A DNA stretch of 64,000 nucleotides. Origin: an uncultured delta proteobacterium. GTDB taxonomy: Bacteria > Desulfobacterota > Syntrophorhabdia > Syntrophorhabdales > WCHB1-27. The stretch lies in assembly GCA_963810935.1 (NCBI GenBank), contig CAWEPK010000016.1, positions 32,001-96,000 of the forward strand. Reading direction: 5' to 3'. The notes under the pieces are model-generated. The model was not told the DNA's origin. It saw nothing but the letters and a program-made list of their open reading frames with translations, and did not search any database. The position numbers and the translations under genes were made by a program. The first letter of the stretch is position 1. Each line of letters begins with the position of its first letter. Of this stretch, positions 29,401 to 44,400 are shown in pieces.

Positions 29401-32400
29401 TTACCGTCCCGTCGTCGCCCAGCACGATATTATTGCCGTTACCGAGGCCGATCGTGTTACCTCCGGCCGCGCCGATCACGATGTTGTTGCCGTTTCCGAG
29501 ATTTATGGTGTCGCCCGTGCTCTCGTTGGGGCTGGTGCTCTGGATGTTCGTTATGATGCCTGCCGCCGTGGCGGCCACCTGACCGTAGCCCGCTATGACG
29601 ATGTTGTTGCCGTTGGCGCCCGCGTTTATGACGCTATCGCCTGCTTCGGCCAGGATAGTATTGTTCCCGCCGCCGGGGGTTATTGTGTCTGTGCCGGTAG
29701 TTGCCGTGTCGTACGTTGTCTCGATGAGTGTGGCGGGATGGACAAGGTTGTCGGTCTGGTTGATTGTAAGATCGGTCAGGCCCGGGTTCAGGGCAAGCCG
29801 TTCTGCGTAGGTCAGGCCGAGGCTCGTGATCAGGTTGCCTGATGCGTCGCGATAGTCGATCTCGCCCTGGTGGGCTATGATCGTGTCACCTCCCTGGCCG
29901 CCCAGGATCGTACTGCTCCCCGTTCCGCCGAAGATGACGAGTGGCGCGGTCGCGGCAGTGCCGTTTACATTGGAGGCGCTGGCGTTCAAGTAGTTGGTGC
30001 CGTTGCCGAGGTTGACGGCGAAGATGCCGCCCACCGAGTTATTGAGGCTTATCGCGACGTTATTGTTGCCGTTCCCCATATTGAAGACTGTGGTGGTCTG
30101 AAGAACGGTGGTCCCTACCACATCCGGCTCCAGGTTGCCCGTCACGTTCAGGGTATTGCCGTTGTTTCCGAGGAAGAACTCCATGGATTCGATGTTGTGG
30201 TAATCCAGGACGCTTCCCGGCGTCGTATTGTAGCCGGTCAGGTACATCCCCGCGCTCGTGCCGTTGAGCGTGAGGTTGGCAGTCGCCGCGGTGTCCCAGA
30301 TGGTTACGGCATCGATCTGCTGTGCTTCGTTGACGAAGAAATTCGGAGACAGATCGTTGAGGACCCAGCCGCTGCCGCTCGCCGGCAGCGCCGTCCAGTT
30401 CGACTGTATCTCATACGGGTCAAGGAGGGTAAGGGTTGTCTGGCCGGTGGTAGTACTGGCTGTCTCACCCGTAATCTGCCAGAAGCGACCTGATGCGCCG
30501 CTGTTGCCCGTGGGAGTTGTGGTGATCTCTATAGTCAGGCCTATCAGGTTGCTCAATGGCAACTGCGTGCTTGACTGGTAGATCTCGTCGAGCCATGTCT
30601 GGATATCCGTAGTCAGGACGTTCATTGTGTCGGTCGCACCGGATGTTCCTGTGCCGGAGAAAGACTGTACGATTCCATCCGTGGCCGCCACGTTCGTTTC
30701 GCCCGGCAGCATTACCGGAGACTTGATCGCGTCTTCCGGGGCAACCCCGCCGTCGATGGTGAGGCTCCCTTCTATCGAGCTAAGGTTGTAGGTCGGGGCG
30801 GGCAGCGTCGAAAGGTTGAGGTATTCAACCGCCCCGGTTGCGGATCTTTGGCCGGCGTCGATCTGCGTGCCGGTGGGCACGGCCCCGTCTAAGATGAAGT
30901 GGTCGCCGCCGAGGCCTCCGTAAAGCGTTACGTGTGCGATTGCAGGCGTGCTCAGTATATAGAAGGTGTCGTTGCCTTCCGCGCCGTCGATAATGACCGT
31001 CTGGATGTCCTCGTAAGTTATCGTCCTACCCGCGCCGTAAATGGCGTCATCGGTCACGACAAAGGTGTCGTCGAACTCCGTGGCGATGATCCGCATGATG
31101 TTGTTGCCCGCGCCGCCGTCTATCTCTATGGGGGCGTTTGCTACGTAGGTGATGGTGTTTGTCCCGGTCCCTTCATTGACGCGCGAGAGGACCGAGTTCT
31201 CCTGGACGAAGGACCTGATCGTGAACGAGTCGTTTCCTGCGCCTCCTACGAGGTCCAGGGTCGCCACGTTGCGGTAGACGGTGAAGTCGTTAGCGCCGTT
31301 GCCACCAATTATCGCCGTGTCATAGCTTACGCCGTTGCTCAGGTATCCCCTCGTGGTCAGCGTCGTCGTGAAGCTGTCCCCCGCCGCGATATTCGCATTG
31401 AGCGCGTCGCGCAGGGATTGGAAGATCTGGCCGACCTGGTACGTGTTATCGCCGCCTCCGCCGTAAATCGCCGTCTCGGTCCGGTTGTCGTCCAGGGTCA
31501 CGGTGTCGTTGCCGGTCCCCGTCTTGACCACTAGGTTGCTGATGGACGCAGTGTAGTTGATCCTCTCCACGTCGGATCCGTCGGGGTTCAGGTCTGCGAC
31601 GAACGCGTAGCCGGTAGGGTCGGTGCTGGCCCTAAGGAGCATGTTGTCCGCCCCGCTCGTGCCGTAAACGTTGAGGGTGGTGCCGGCCGTGAGCGGTGTA
31701 GCCGAGAGCTGGATTGTATTCGTATCGACGACGATCACGTAGTAAGCTTGTCCGTTGTTCAGGCCGCCGATACTTCCGCCGTTGCTATCGAACATCACGG
31801 TCGCCCCGTTCGTAAGCCCGTGGGAGTCGTATGTAATGGTAATGGGGCTATTGTCCGTAATGCTCACTTGCGCAGCCGAGAACGTGAGCGTCTGGAAAGG
31901 ATAGACGAGGCTGTTCATCGAGCCCGATGCGCCGTATCTCGTGAACGCGATCGGATTATCTTTGAGTGCGTCTTCCAGGGTGGACGCAAGTTGTATCTTA
32001 TCCGTGCCGGCAACCGGTATCACGTAGTAGATCTGCCCGTTATTCAGGCCGCCCACGTTGTTCAGGTAGCTGCCGTCATTCTCATAGCGAACCATTTCGC
32101 CTAACGTGTAAGTGTTGCCAGGGAGGGTGATCATACTATGTGTCAGGTCCACGACCGACGACGAGGACGGGTCGAAGGTCATGCCGACGGAGACGAGGGT
32201 GTTCGTCGAGCCGGATGCGCCGAGGCTCGTGAGCGTGATGGGATTTCCTGCAAGGGCGTCTTCCAGGGTGGTTGCAAGTTGTATCTTATCCGTGCCGGCA
32301 ACCGGTATCACGTAGTAGCTCTGCCCGTTGTTCAAGCCGCCGACGGCGGAGCCTCCGTTGGTCTCGTAGGTCACCATCTGGCCCGGCGTGTAAATGTTGC

Positions 32401-35400
32401 CGGGGATGGTGATCGTATTGTCTGTCGTATCCACGACCGACGACGAGGACGGGTCGAAAGTCATGCTGGCGGAAGTTGAAGGCGCGGTGAGCTGCAGGTC
32501 GGAACCCGCAGGCGTGCCGGTCAGGTTTACAGGGGTCGGATCAGTGCCCGTATCGGTCACGTTCACGAGATAGTTGCCCGTGCCCGCGTAGCTGACGTTG
32601 ACGGTGTTGTTCCCCAGTCCGCCGTCGATGTTCAAGGTGGCGGTGTCGGCGTAAGCCTGCTTGGTTATCGTGTCATTCCCCACGCCGCCGTAAACGAACG
32701 TCTGCCCGCTCACAGTCGCGATGGTGATCGTGTCCCCGGCCGGGCCGCCGTACAGGTTCGTTGTGGTCGCGTCCGTATTGGCGATAGTGAAGATATTCTG
32801 CCCCTTGCCCAGCCAGACGTTGAGGGTCGCAACATTGCCGTACGTGATGCTCCCCGCCATACCGAGGCCGCTAAGGGTCGTGGACGTTAGGATGTCGTTC
32901 GTATCGGCTGCCGTGGCGGCCGCGTTGCTGACGTTGAGCACTTCGGTACCGCCGTCTCCCGAGACGGTCGAGAAGGGCGTTGATGTGGCTCGTGTTGCCG
33001 TCCGCGTAGGTCTGGCCCAGGCCCCAGCCCACGTTTACCGTATCGGTCGTGCTCTGGTCGTTGATGGTTGTATCGTTGTTTATCCCGGTCACGTAGACAC
33101 GTGTTCGCCCCTGCGCCCGTGTAAAGGTACGTAACAGCGCTCGTGGAGGCGATCGTGAACGTTGTCGGAGCCGGAGCCGAGGTAGATATACATGGTCGGC
33201 ACTGCGAGTAGCTTATGCTGCCCGACATACCGAGACCCGTAAGCATCGTGGACGTCAGGACATCGTCGGGATCGGCTGCCGTGGCGGCCTCATTGCTGAC
33301 GTTGAGCACATCGGCGCCGTTGTCTCCCGAGACAGTGAGGAGGGCGTTGATATGGCTTGTGGAGCCGTTGGCGTAAGTATAGCCCGGACCCCAGCCCACG
33401 TTTATCTGATCGGTCGTGCTCTGGTCGTAGATCGTTGTGTTGTTGTCTATCTCGGTTACGTACACTATGTTCGATCCTGCGCCCGTGTAAAGGTTCGTCA
33501 CGGCGCCCGTGGATGAGATGGTGAAGGTGTCGGGGCCGGCGCCGAGGTTGATGTTCAGGTATTCGGTTGTGCCGTAGGTGATGCTGCCCGGCATGCCGAG
33601 GCCGGTGAGGGTGGTGGAGGTGAGGGTGCCCGTCGGCCCCGCCGTATCGCCCGAGTCGTCGATGTTGATCGTATTCGTGCCGCCCTGGCCGTTTATCGTC
33701 AAGGCATCGGCGATCGTGCTTACGACGCCGCCCGTGTTGGTGGTTGTGGCCTTGCTGCCGATGTCGATCGTATCGTTGCCGCTTCCGGCATCGATCTCGG
33801 TGGGCGTGCCCGCCTGTACGTTGGTCAGGTTTATTACGTCGTTGTCGTGGCCGCCGGTTATCGTCAGCTTGGTGCCGGTGATAACGCCGTCTATAGTTCA
33901 GGTAGGTCGTCGAGCCGGAGGTATAGGCGTCTCCCTGGATCGTCACGTTGGTGGAGGAGTTCTTGCCCGTGTAACCGGCGGCGATCACCACATCAGGTTG
34001 CACTGTGACGTTGGTCCCGGCCACGATGCTTACGTAGCTCGCGTTACTCGCGATGGTCGTTATCTGCGACGAAGAGCCTTCGAGAATCACGGCCGTCCCA
34101 GCAATCAGCGAAACGTAGCCGTTGGCGGACTGGATGGTCACACCGGGATCGACCGTAAGGTCGCTGTTCGTCTCGCCAAGCGACGTGCCCGCCTGCTTGA
34201 CGATATCGCCTTGCGCGAATACGTCGCTGGATATCTCCAGGGGGCAGTCGGTGTTGACGTACACCCCCCCGCCGGCCTGCATGCCGTAACCGCTGCCCGT
34301 GACGCTGTTTGATAGGTCAAGGGCGCCCTCGTTATCCAGGTAGATGCTCCCGGCGGTCGATGCGCCCTGGACTATGGCCGCAATGGAACCTGACGGCGTC
34401 TGCGCCTTTATCGGGTTTGCCTGCGTGCCTATGTCGCCGGATGCGAAGAGGTATGTTTCCCCGGAAGTGATGTTGGTATTTCCTGTGCCGTTCAATATCT
34501 CGCCGGCCGGGGCGGAGATGAAGGCTGTGCCGGCCTGCGTCTGGACGGTGTTGAGGGAAAGGTTGCCCGTCGTCTCAGTCACGTACGTATTGAGACTGCT
34601 TAGAGAGGTCAGGTTCCCGGAGGCATGGATGGCAAAGCCGACCGCGACGCCGCCGGAGGCTTTGTTGATGACCCCGCTGTCGGCCTCAAGGGTTATATTG
34701 TTCCCTATCGCGACGGGCGCCACTGTTCCGTTCGCGTCGTAGAGGTTGACTGCGGCCCACAGGCCGATATTCCCGCCGTTCGTCGAATCGGCGGCTGCCA
34801 CGTTCATGTTGCCAGATACCTGGTGCAGGTAGATGTTCTGCCCAGCGGTAGCCGTGACTTTCCCGCTCTGGCCAAGGTCGGTCGCGACGTAATTACTGCT
34901 TGTACCGATGCTCCCCCCTGCCTGGAGGAATGCCGACTGGCCGCCGATTTCCCACACGCCTGCGGCCGCGCTGTTCGGGTTGTCGTCGAAGATCGAGCCG
35001 GTGCCGTCGGCAGTGAGGTATACGTTGGCGTTGCTGTATATATCGACGAGCCGCAAGTCGTACTCGGTGGCAGTAATATAGATGTCGTTTGCCGCGCTGG
35101 CACTCAGCGAGCCGGTGGAGAGGGCAACGTAGATCGGGACCGAGGAGGTGCCGATGCCGTTATTGCCGCCCTCGAGGATCGCGTTACCGCCTGCTACGAT
35201 CACGGGGTTGGTGTCGCCCCTGACATCTACGAGGCCTGACTGTGCCTGTATCCTTGCCTCGCCTCCGGCGTTCACGCTTTCAAGGTTGAACCCGCCCAGA
35301 GTGCCGACGTTCACGTTCCCCGTCGCATTGAAAATGACGGTGCCCGTAGTGGTAGCGATGTCAACCGACTTAACCTCGTTGACCGTGAGACTCACGGGCG

Positions 35401-38400
35401 TGTCGGAGACGTTGACCGTGCATCCCGTGCCCTTGCCTCCGGCCGTAGCGCCGCCGTTCGCCGCCGTATAACCGGAACCGAGGGAGACCACGTTGAAGGC
35501 GGCGACAGCGTTGTTCGTTCCAAGGGCGGTGACCTGAAGCTCCATACCCGAACCGCCGGATACGGTAAGCAGGTCGCCGACCGCGTAGCCGCTTCCTGCG
35601 GCGTTCAGCACGGGGAAGACGTTCGTGATGGCCTGTCCGCCTGCGTCATAGAAAGTGATGTCCTCAGGCTCCGCTGCCGCAATGGCCACTTTTGTGGCGT
35701 CCGAGAGGGAGGCTGGAAAGGGGCAGGGAGACTGTAAGGGTCCCGTTGCTGACGCCTATGTCGCCGGTGGTCGATGTATTGCCGCCTGCGCTCAGGTATA
35801 CATTGTTCCCCGTGATGTCCGTTGCCGTGCCGTAGAGGGTCGATGTTGTGGTGTGCGATTGGAAGATGCTTACGCTGACGGAGTTTTGCAACTGGGTCTG
35901 GCTCCATGCCGCCCTCTGGCTCAGGACCGCGCCGTCCGACAGGTAGTTCCCCGTCCCCGTTATGGTGCTCAGGTCGATCGCGTTGCCGCCCGCAGTCGAT
36001 GCGAGGCTGATTACCTGCTGGTTGCCGGTCGTGACGACATAGTATGTCTGGCCGTACGTGAGGTTGCCGTTCGTGTTGCCGGCCGTTCCGCCCTCGAAGA
36101 CGACTTCCTCGCCGTTCGTAAAGGCGTTGAGGCCGACGTTAACGGTAGTCCCCCCCGAGATGTTCGATGGGCCGAAAGTCTGATGTAAGACGTCCGTGGC
36201 TGCGACATCGGTGGTGGTGTTGAACCCCGAGGTGTAAGAGAAATTGGGGTCATAGTTGCCGCCGTCGTAGTGACTGCCGGCTTCTATATTCCCGACCTGT
36301 CCCCACGTCTGGTTCAGGGTGTGGTATTCCTGGGTTTCCTGGGTCTGAAGGGTGGCGAGGGCGTTAGCTACATAGGTGCTTTCACTCTCGCTCGGGTTTG
36401 TAAGCGCCTGGTATTGTGCTTGGTAGTACGCTGTATATGCCGTCGTCTGCGCGGCGGACAGGGTCACCGACTGGCCGTCGCTGTACGGTACGTTCCGCTC
36501 GAACGTGACCGCCTCGCCGTTCGTCAACGTGCCGCCGCCGCCCGTGTTGGATATGCCCGAAACCGCAATGGTGCCCGCCGTATTGTTGATGTAGGTAGAG
36601 GAGTCATTGAAGGTGACGTAGCTCGACGAACCGGTGTAGAGGCGCTGTTGGGCGCCGCCCGCCCCTGGGTCGCCCGAGGCCGTTATACTCACAGGCGCGC
36701 CTCCCGGGGTTAGGGAAAGACTTATCGTGCTCCCGTTCAGCTCGACGTAATAAGTCTGCCCCTGGGTGAGACCGCCGACATAATCGTCGGACTGGCTGTT
36801 CCGGTAGCTCCAGTACGTCTGGTAGTCCTGCGTCTCCGCCTGCTGGTACGCAGCGATCGTGTTGTTTACGCTGGTCTGGGCCGAGGCCCCTGTCGCATCC
36901 ATGTCGTCGTACATGCTGAGGAGCTCGTTCCACGTCCTGGAGTCTGTTGTGACAGTCGTATTGGCATTCGTCAGGTTCCCGTTCAACACCTCGACCCTTA
37001 CGTCGGCCGGTGTGGTTATGGCGTTCACCCGCAGGTCGCCCGTCAGCTCAACGATGTAGACATCGCCCTGGGCGGTAGCCGTGAGGGTGTCGTGGGTCGC
37101 GTCGGTCCCCGTATCCATGTTGATGGGAAGGGCGTCGGTCGCCGGGTTTGCATACGTGCCTCCCGTGCCGAAGGAGCCTATGCCGCCGTCAGTCGCAGTC
37201 AGCGTTACGGCGCCGCCGACAATAAGCGACTGCGTGGCCGAGAGGCCCGCCGCCGCAATCTGCGCTGCCGTAGCGGCCTTGATGCTTCCTGCCGCGGACA
37301 GCGTAATGTCACCGGCCGGCGCAGACGACGTTCCTGACTCTATCTGACTGACGACCATGTCGCCGTGTGGGTCCGTCAGGTCTATGTCGCCGGTCGTGCT
37401 CGTTGCATTGATCACGCCGGGCGTGCCGTTGTTCGGCGTCGTCGGGTCGACGGTAAGGGCGTTGCCGGCGCCTATGCCGGAAGCGGCCGAAAGTATAATG
37501 TTGTAGCCGCCGACGGAGGCGGTCGCGGCGCCCGTCTCGATATCGCCGCCGGAGGATGTGATGCTCGTCGTGCCTACCGCATCCTGGATCGAGCCTTTAA
37601 TCACGACGCTTCCCTGTGACGTTACGGTGATCCCTCCCGTATCGCTGCCAATGAACTGGATGTTAATCGGCTGGTCGGCCTTTATGCTCGCCATGTAGAC
37701 TGCGTCGTACCCCTGCTCGGTTACCGACGTCGAAGTATAGGTTTTCTTGCCGTACCACGTAGAGCTTTCCTGCACTGGATAGTCCTGCGTCGTGGCCGTC
37801 CCGACGGCGTTGAATTGGCCGCTGAAGGAGAAGTTGCCCGAGTAGGTTGTAGTCTGGTTCGAGCTACCACCGTACCAGTTTGAGACGCTGGTCGTAACGC
37901 TGCTGCCTGCCACGTAAGCACCCGGCTGTATCGCCAGTCCGCCCGTGGCTACAGTATTGGAGCTTGTCAGGTTCGAAGGCGTATAGAAGGCGGTGATGCC
38001 GAGCCATGAAGACGCGCTGTACGTGTTGGTCGTCGTCTCCATGAATTGCTGCCCCTCGGTCCAGTAGTAGCGTTGGCCCGACAAGGGCGTATATATTGCG
38101 GTCCTTTGGCCGAGGTCGGCGTTGCCCACTACCGCCTGGTAGTTGGGGTCGGAGGTGGAGGCCGGGTGACTTGGGTCACCATAGTAGTTGCTTACGGCTA
38201 CCTGATCGTTCGTCCCTACCGTGTACACCGTGGTCAAGGGCGTTCCGCTGCCGTTGGTATAAGCCGTGTTCGTAATCAGCAGCTCGCCGGCCACGCCTGT
38301 TCCCGTGCTGATATTGTTCGTGACTATCGCATAAGTGGTGTTGTTCGTTATGCTGACCGTGCCGTAACCGTCGAGGACTTTTATCTGGCCGCTGCCCGTG

Positions 38401-41400
38401 CTCACGATGTCGCCGTAGAGTTGCATGTAGCCGCCCTGCACGCTTATCGATCCCAGTTCGATCTGCTGGGTCTGGGCGTCGTAAGCGGCGCTTATAGTGT
38501 CATTGGCGCCGTCCGTCGTCAGCTTGAAGAGCTTGCCGTCGCTCGTCGAAAGGCCATAATACGATTCGAGATATTGGGCATACCACGTCTGGCCCGCCTG
38601 CTCATATGAGTAGACCGTGTTTGCCTCGCTGATTTGGGTCGCCGCATTTGTTCCTATGGTCACGGTCTGTGCCGGCTGGCCGCTCTGGACGATGCCGTCG
38701 ATGTTGAGGTACTCCGCGGCGATGAAGACGTTGCCGCCTGATACGATGCTGCTTGTAGGCTGCGCCGCAAGGGCTTTCGCGATGTCCGCCTGGATGGTTG
38801 AGTCCGCTCCTGCTGCATAGGTGTAACTCGTATTCGTCGGAGAGAGGCTCGCGTCCGCTACGGCCTGATTGATCGCCTGCTGCCACCAATATTGGGCCGC
38901 GGGGTCTCCGCCAACGTTGCTCAAAGCGTTTGTATAGTTCTGCACGTAGCCGCCGCCCGCCGTTATGGTAACGGTCCCCGCGTCGAGGTTGGCTTCTTCC
39001 GTGACGCCCCCGGCGCTCGTGATCGTCACCGTGCCGTTCAGGTTATTGATGTCTCCCGCGATCTCTATGTCAGGGGTCTGGGCCGAAGGGGCGTATGATT
39101 GATCTACAGGGTCACTCGCGTTGAATTCGCTCTTGATGGTAATCGTCGGTTCCGTGGAGCCTGACCCGCCGGCCGCGTTGATGTGGCCGCTTCCCGTTAC
39201 CCCCAGCGTGCCCCCATTCAGGCTTGTGAGCGGATTATAGTTGTACATCACCTGGCCTGCGCCGGTGTTGTTCGGTATCGTAATCCCTTCGATGCGGAGA
39301 TAGGCCGGGCTCTTGTTGTCGATAGTGACTGCGACGTTGCCCGCCGCATCGAGCGTCCCGTTGACGACGAGGGCGTTGCCCGAGGGGTTGGACGCCAGGA
39401 TATTGATACTCCCCTGCTGCGCCCAGATGGGGCTGACAGTGATAAAGGGCACCACATAAGAAGTGATATACGCGGTGCCGGCGCTGCCCGTCGCGGTGAG
39501 GCCGAGCTGCTGCATCTCGGTCGCTATGTAACCCGCCTGTGTGGCGTATGCCTGGCCGGCCGTCGAGCCGCCGTACACTTGCGCAAGCTCGGTATAGTAG
39601 TTGAATTCCATAACCAGGTTGTTGGCTTCCGATTCCGTGTCCGTAGTAAAGGTGATGTCGCCCGTTGAGGCATGATCGACTGTGCCGTCCATGTCTATGA
39701 TGAGCGTCTGCGTGTCCTCTATGCCCACCTCGATATTGCCGTTCACCGTTACAGTCCCAACGGTCGTCTCGGTCCCCGTGCCGCCCTGCATGGTAGCGGG
39801 TATCGGGGTGCCTCCCAGGGCGCTGTTGATGGCGCCGGAGACGGCCGTCAGCCAGTCTTTCCCCGTGCCGTAGGCTTCCAGTAAAATGTCACCGAGCGTC
39901 TGTGCGGTGAGGTTGGCGTCCTTGGCTGCCCTTAGGTCTGTATCTATATCCGTAACCGGGTCCTGCCCTCCGACATAGACTGTGTTGTTCTGCACGACTT
40001 CGCCGTGGGAGGTCAGCGAGCTGATGGGGATCGCGGCGGCGTTCAGCTCGTCGCCGTGCGAGGTCACGCTGAAGTAGTTCTCCGTCCCCAGGTGGTTTTC
40101 GCCGGCAAGGAGGTTCAGGTTGCCCATGGCCGTTACGAGGGTGCCTGTCCCAACGTTGACGGCGTCGTTCTCGTGGATGCGCGCGAGGGCGTCAACCGAT
40201 GCGGCGGCGGCCAGGCCGTACGTGTGCGCCTTCGGCTCGGAGTCGAGTATCCCCTTGGTGTAGCTCTCCAGGTCGAGGTCTCCGACGGTGCTGATCACGT
40301 CATTGTTGCCGAGAGCGGCGGTAGCGTTGTTCGTATCGGCCCTTATCTCGCTAACGACTCCTGCGCCCGCTATGGCGCCTCCGGCGTCGATGTCTACGGA
40401 GTCGTACGCCTCGACGTCATTGTAGGCGCTAACGATGAAGTCGCCGGGGTTGGTGATGCTCCCGGTAACGGCAATGCTGACGTAGTTGCCGATGGTGGCG
40501 GACGTATTGTTGGTGATATCCGTCTCGCTATCAGCCGCGCTCCCTGCGAAGACGCCGCCCGACCCTGCCTGGACGTCCCAATCGCCCGACCCGACTGCGA
40601 CAAAGTTCTTGAGGGTTGTGCTCTGCGCCGTCACGTCAAGGGACTGCGTGGTGATATTGGTATAGTTGCCGATGGAGGCCTGGACGGTGGAGTTGGCGTC
40701 GTTGTAGCCTGAAGCGCCGCTCCCGCCGACCAGTCCGGCAGCGAGCGAGTTGGCCTCGGCGTCGAACCGCGCCGTATGGTTCGCCGTGACCGTAAGGGCC
40801 GCGACATCCAGGTTCGTTGCGTTCGAGGACGACGACGCATCGGCTATGTAGGCCTCGGTGGTGCTCGTGTCTCGGACGGTCGATGCCGCGCCGGCGCCGG
40901 CAAGAAGCCCGCCCGAGCCCGACGTCGCCTGGGCAAGGTTTGTGTCATAGCCGGTTGCGGAGATCGTTACCGACGGGGCCGTCGCTTTCGCATATACGAC
41001 CGCCTCACCCTGGTAGAGTCCGCTGTCCGGCCCGACGTAGATCGACCCGTCGGCCGTATTCAATTCCGTGCCGGGGTCGAACGTGATTGCGGCGTCGCCG
41101 TTTGCAGGTGTGAGGGTGTGACCCGGCGCCGGAACTGTCGGCTCGCTCAAAGACAGGGTTACGGGGATCTGGGATGTTGCGTTGTCAAAGCTCGAAGCCA
41201 GCATCACCCTGGTAGGACTTATCTCCTGGAAGGACTGGTTGTTCCCGGTGGCCGACCCCGGCGTCAGGGTTGTGACAAGGTTCCCGTTCTGGTCCTTGAG
41301 GGTAAAGTAACCCGGCCTTGATGCATCCGCGGTGAGCGTGTAAACTGCGTTGTCCGTAAGACCGCCGATGGGCGCATACGGGGTATACACGGGAATACCG

Positions 41401-44400
41401 TTCGAGTCGGTCCCCGACTGGTAGCTGCCTGTCTGATAGACGACCTGATCGCCCGTCATGAAACCGCTTCCCGCCCCTAGGTCAACCTCGTTGCCGCTGA
41501 TATCGGTGGCGGGGTCGATTGTCTTCGATTCGTAGATAGGCACTACGTAATACTGGCCGCCGTCGGTGAGGCCGACCACGGAGGTCCCTCCGGTTATCGT
41601 GACGCCGGTGCCGATGTAGGCCTGGGTGGAGACATTGTTGCTGTCTGCCTCTGCGACGTTGCCCCCTGCGGCTACAAGGCCGTAAGCGTCTCCATTAGCA
41701 ACTGCGTATTGGTCTGTGTTGTTTGTCGCCGTGATGGCTACGGAGCTTCCGATCGTCAGGGTCGTTCCGTTGTCCACATAGCTTGTCACGGTGCCTGTAT
41801 TGACCGCCGTACTCTGCGTCCCGTCGACCGCCACCAGACCGCCCGTCGATCCCGTGGTACTCGCCTCAGCGGCGTGCTGGCCCGATGCTTCGGAATCGGA
41901 AGCCTGGACGATCAGGCTGCCGGCCTCTATGTTGCCCGCCGCCTTGGCCGTCACTGTAGGCGACACAGTTGCCGTTGCGACCGACGCGCCCGCCGCCAAA
42001 GCGCCAAGAGCTATGCCGCTGGCGTCCGATTCAAGCTGCGGCGTGGCCCCTGCGCTTACGGTCATTGCGCCGGTGACGTTGACGTTCGTGTCGTTGGGAT
42101 TACTGCCCGTGTAACTCGGATCGCTGCCCACGTAGGCAAGGAGCACCGGTGTGGCAGTGGATGCGGCCTCGTTATAGGTTAAAGCGCCTATGCCGCCCGA
42201 CAGGCCCCATACCTCGGAAAGAGTCGTATCGGATGCTATTGCCTCTACGGTGAGACCGCCCACGGTCATGCCCGCCGCATTGCCGACGTCGGTATAATTT
42301 CCGAGGTAGGCCTCGGTAGTGCCGCCTATGGTCGCCGTAACGACGCTTGCCCCTGCCGCCACCGTCCCAAGGGTTGCACCCAGGGCGATGCCGGTTGCGC
42401 TTTCGGTGGCCTGCGCTTCTATCGTCACGAGGCCCGCACCGTCGATTTCGGTCCTTGACGTATCGGACGTCCCCGATACGTACGCAAGCGTGTTACCGTC
42501 CATGGTGTTCGTGACAACTGCGCCGCCTGCTGCAAACCCGAGGGCGCCCGCAAGGGAGATGGCAAGCGAATTAATGCTGCCCGTATCCGTCGCGGTGACA
42601 TTGATGGGGCTCGACGCGCCCGCCTCGATAGTGGATGCGCCGTCGATGTAAGCGCTTACGTTATTGTCTATCGTGTTCGTCGCTGCGGACGCATTGAGCG
42701 CCACGCCGCCCGCTGCGCCGATGCCCGCCGCGATACTGGCTATCTGCTCGCCCGATATTGCCTCGACCGTCACGTCGGACCCTGTCGAGGTTACGGCGGA
42801 GCTCGTTACCGTCGCGCTTATCGTGTTCGTGATGCTGTTCGTAGAGACCGCCACGCTGCCTGCCGCGAGGCCCGCCCCCCCGATGCTGCCGGCCAGCGAG
42901 ACTATGTTTGCCGCCTGCGAGTATGAGGCATTGCTGTTGCTGTTCAGGGCGTTCTCGACCTTCGTCAGGGTGCTCGCCGGGATGTCCATTGCCGAAAGGT
43001 AATCGAGGCCGCCGCCCGGCGCGGTGTCGGATGCCTTGATGAGCACCTCGCCGCCTGCCGTAATGGTGGCGCTCGTGACGGAGGCTTCTACCGTGCTGTC
43101 GATCTCATTGTCCGTGATGGACGCCTGCCCGGCGACGCCGCCTGCGCCTGAGATACCGGCTGCCACGCTCCTGATGATCTCCGTAGACGTTGCCGTAACG
43201 TCCGTAGCGCCGCCCGAGATAACCGTAGAATTTGCGATGGTGGCTTCTACCGTGTTCGGTTGACCGGACAGCGAGCCGATGTAGTTGTCCGCAGTCGCCG
43301 CGCCTGCGCCTAAGAGGCCCCCGGCCGAAAGGCCGATGGCTATCGCATCTATCGTCGATGTGTCGGAGGAGCTGACCGTGACCGAGGCCGATGTCGAGCT
43401 GGAGAGTACGCCTGCATTGACCGAGCACGCCCTTGCTCCGTCATTCTCGATGGCTGCTTCCACGGTGTTATGGATATCGTTTATCGTGGCGGAAAGGTTA
43501 CCCGCTGCGCCCCCCGAGATAGCGGCGCCCGCTACGAAGGAGAGCACCTGGGCGTTCGAAACGGCGGACGCAGAGACGCCCGACCCGGTCTCAACGTCCG
43601 AGCCTGAGATCTCGGCCTCTATCGTATTGCCTATGTCGTTATATTCCATTACTACATTGCCGGCGAAGCTGAAGAGGCTGAAGGAAGCGGCGAAGCCCAG
43701 GTCTGCGCCCGTTATGCTCGATTCGTCCTTAGCGGAAATCGCGAGCTGCCCGCCCGCCCTGACGGTCGAATCCTGCACCGTTGCCGTGACCCCGTTCGCT
43801 ATCGCATTGCCCATGACGTTCGCGCCGAGCGATGCGACGCCGGACAGCACGAAGCCCGCCATCGCGGCGATGATCGAGTCATCAGTCTCACTCGTCAGAT
43901 TAATGTCGGCGGCGCCGTTGAGCGGCGATACGCCCGCCTTAACCGTCGATGAAATGATGCCCGTTGCGACGGTGTTATCGATTACGTTGCCCAGGACGGT
44001 CACGCTGGCCGCCACTCCGCCCGCCCCGCCTACATTGATGACGAGGGCCACTATATTTGCGGACGACAGGCTGCCCGGGTAGCTGCTCGTCCCCGAGTTG
44101 TAGGTCGATTGATCGTTAGTCGGCACGGTCCACGACGGTATGGTCGAGGGCGCTATGTCTTCGGCCGTAAGATTTATCGCTCCCGAAGTCGTTACCGTGG
44201 AGTCACCGGTTATCTCCGCTTCGACCGTGTTATGGATGACGTTGCCGACTGCGGTCAGGCCGAAAGAGGCCCCGCCGCCGGAAACGCCTATAACCAGGGT
44301 GCGGATGATGGCTTGCGATTCGGCCGTCTGGCTCAGGGAAGCCCCCTGGACCGTCGAGTCCTCTACGTTCGCCTCAATTGTATTTACGATCGTGTTTACT

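Noticed and set aside
27700..33700. CRISPR array or DGR template/variable repeats
   Set aside because: The repeats are in-frame coding modules without unique spacers. I saw no obvious adenine-specific variation, and there are no cas or reverse transcriptase genes.
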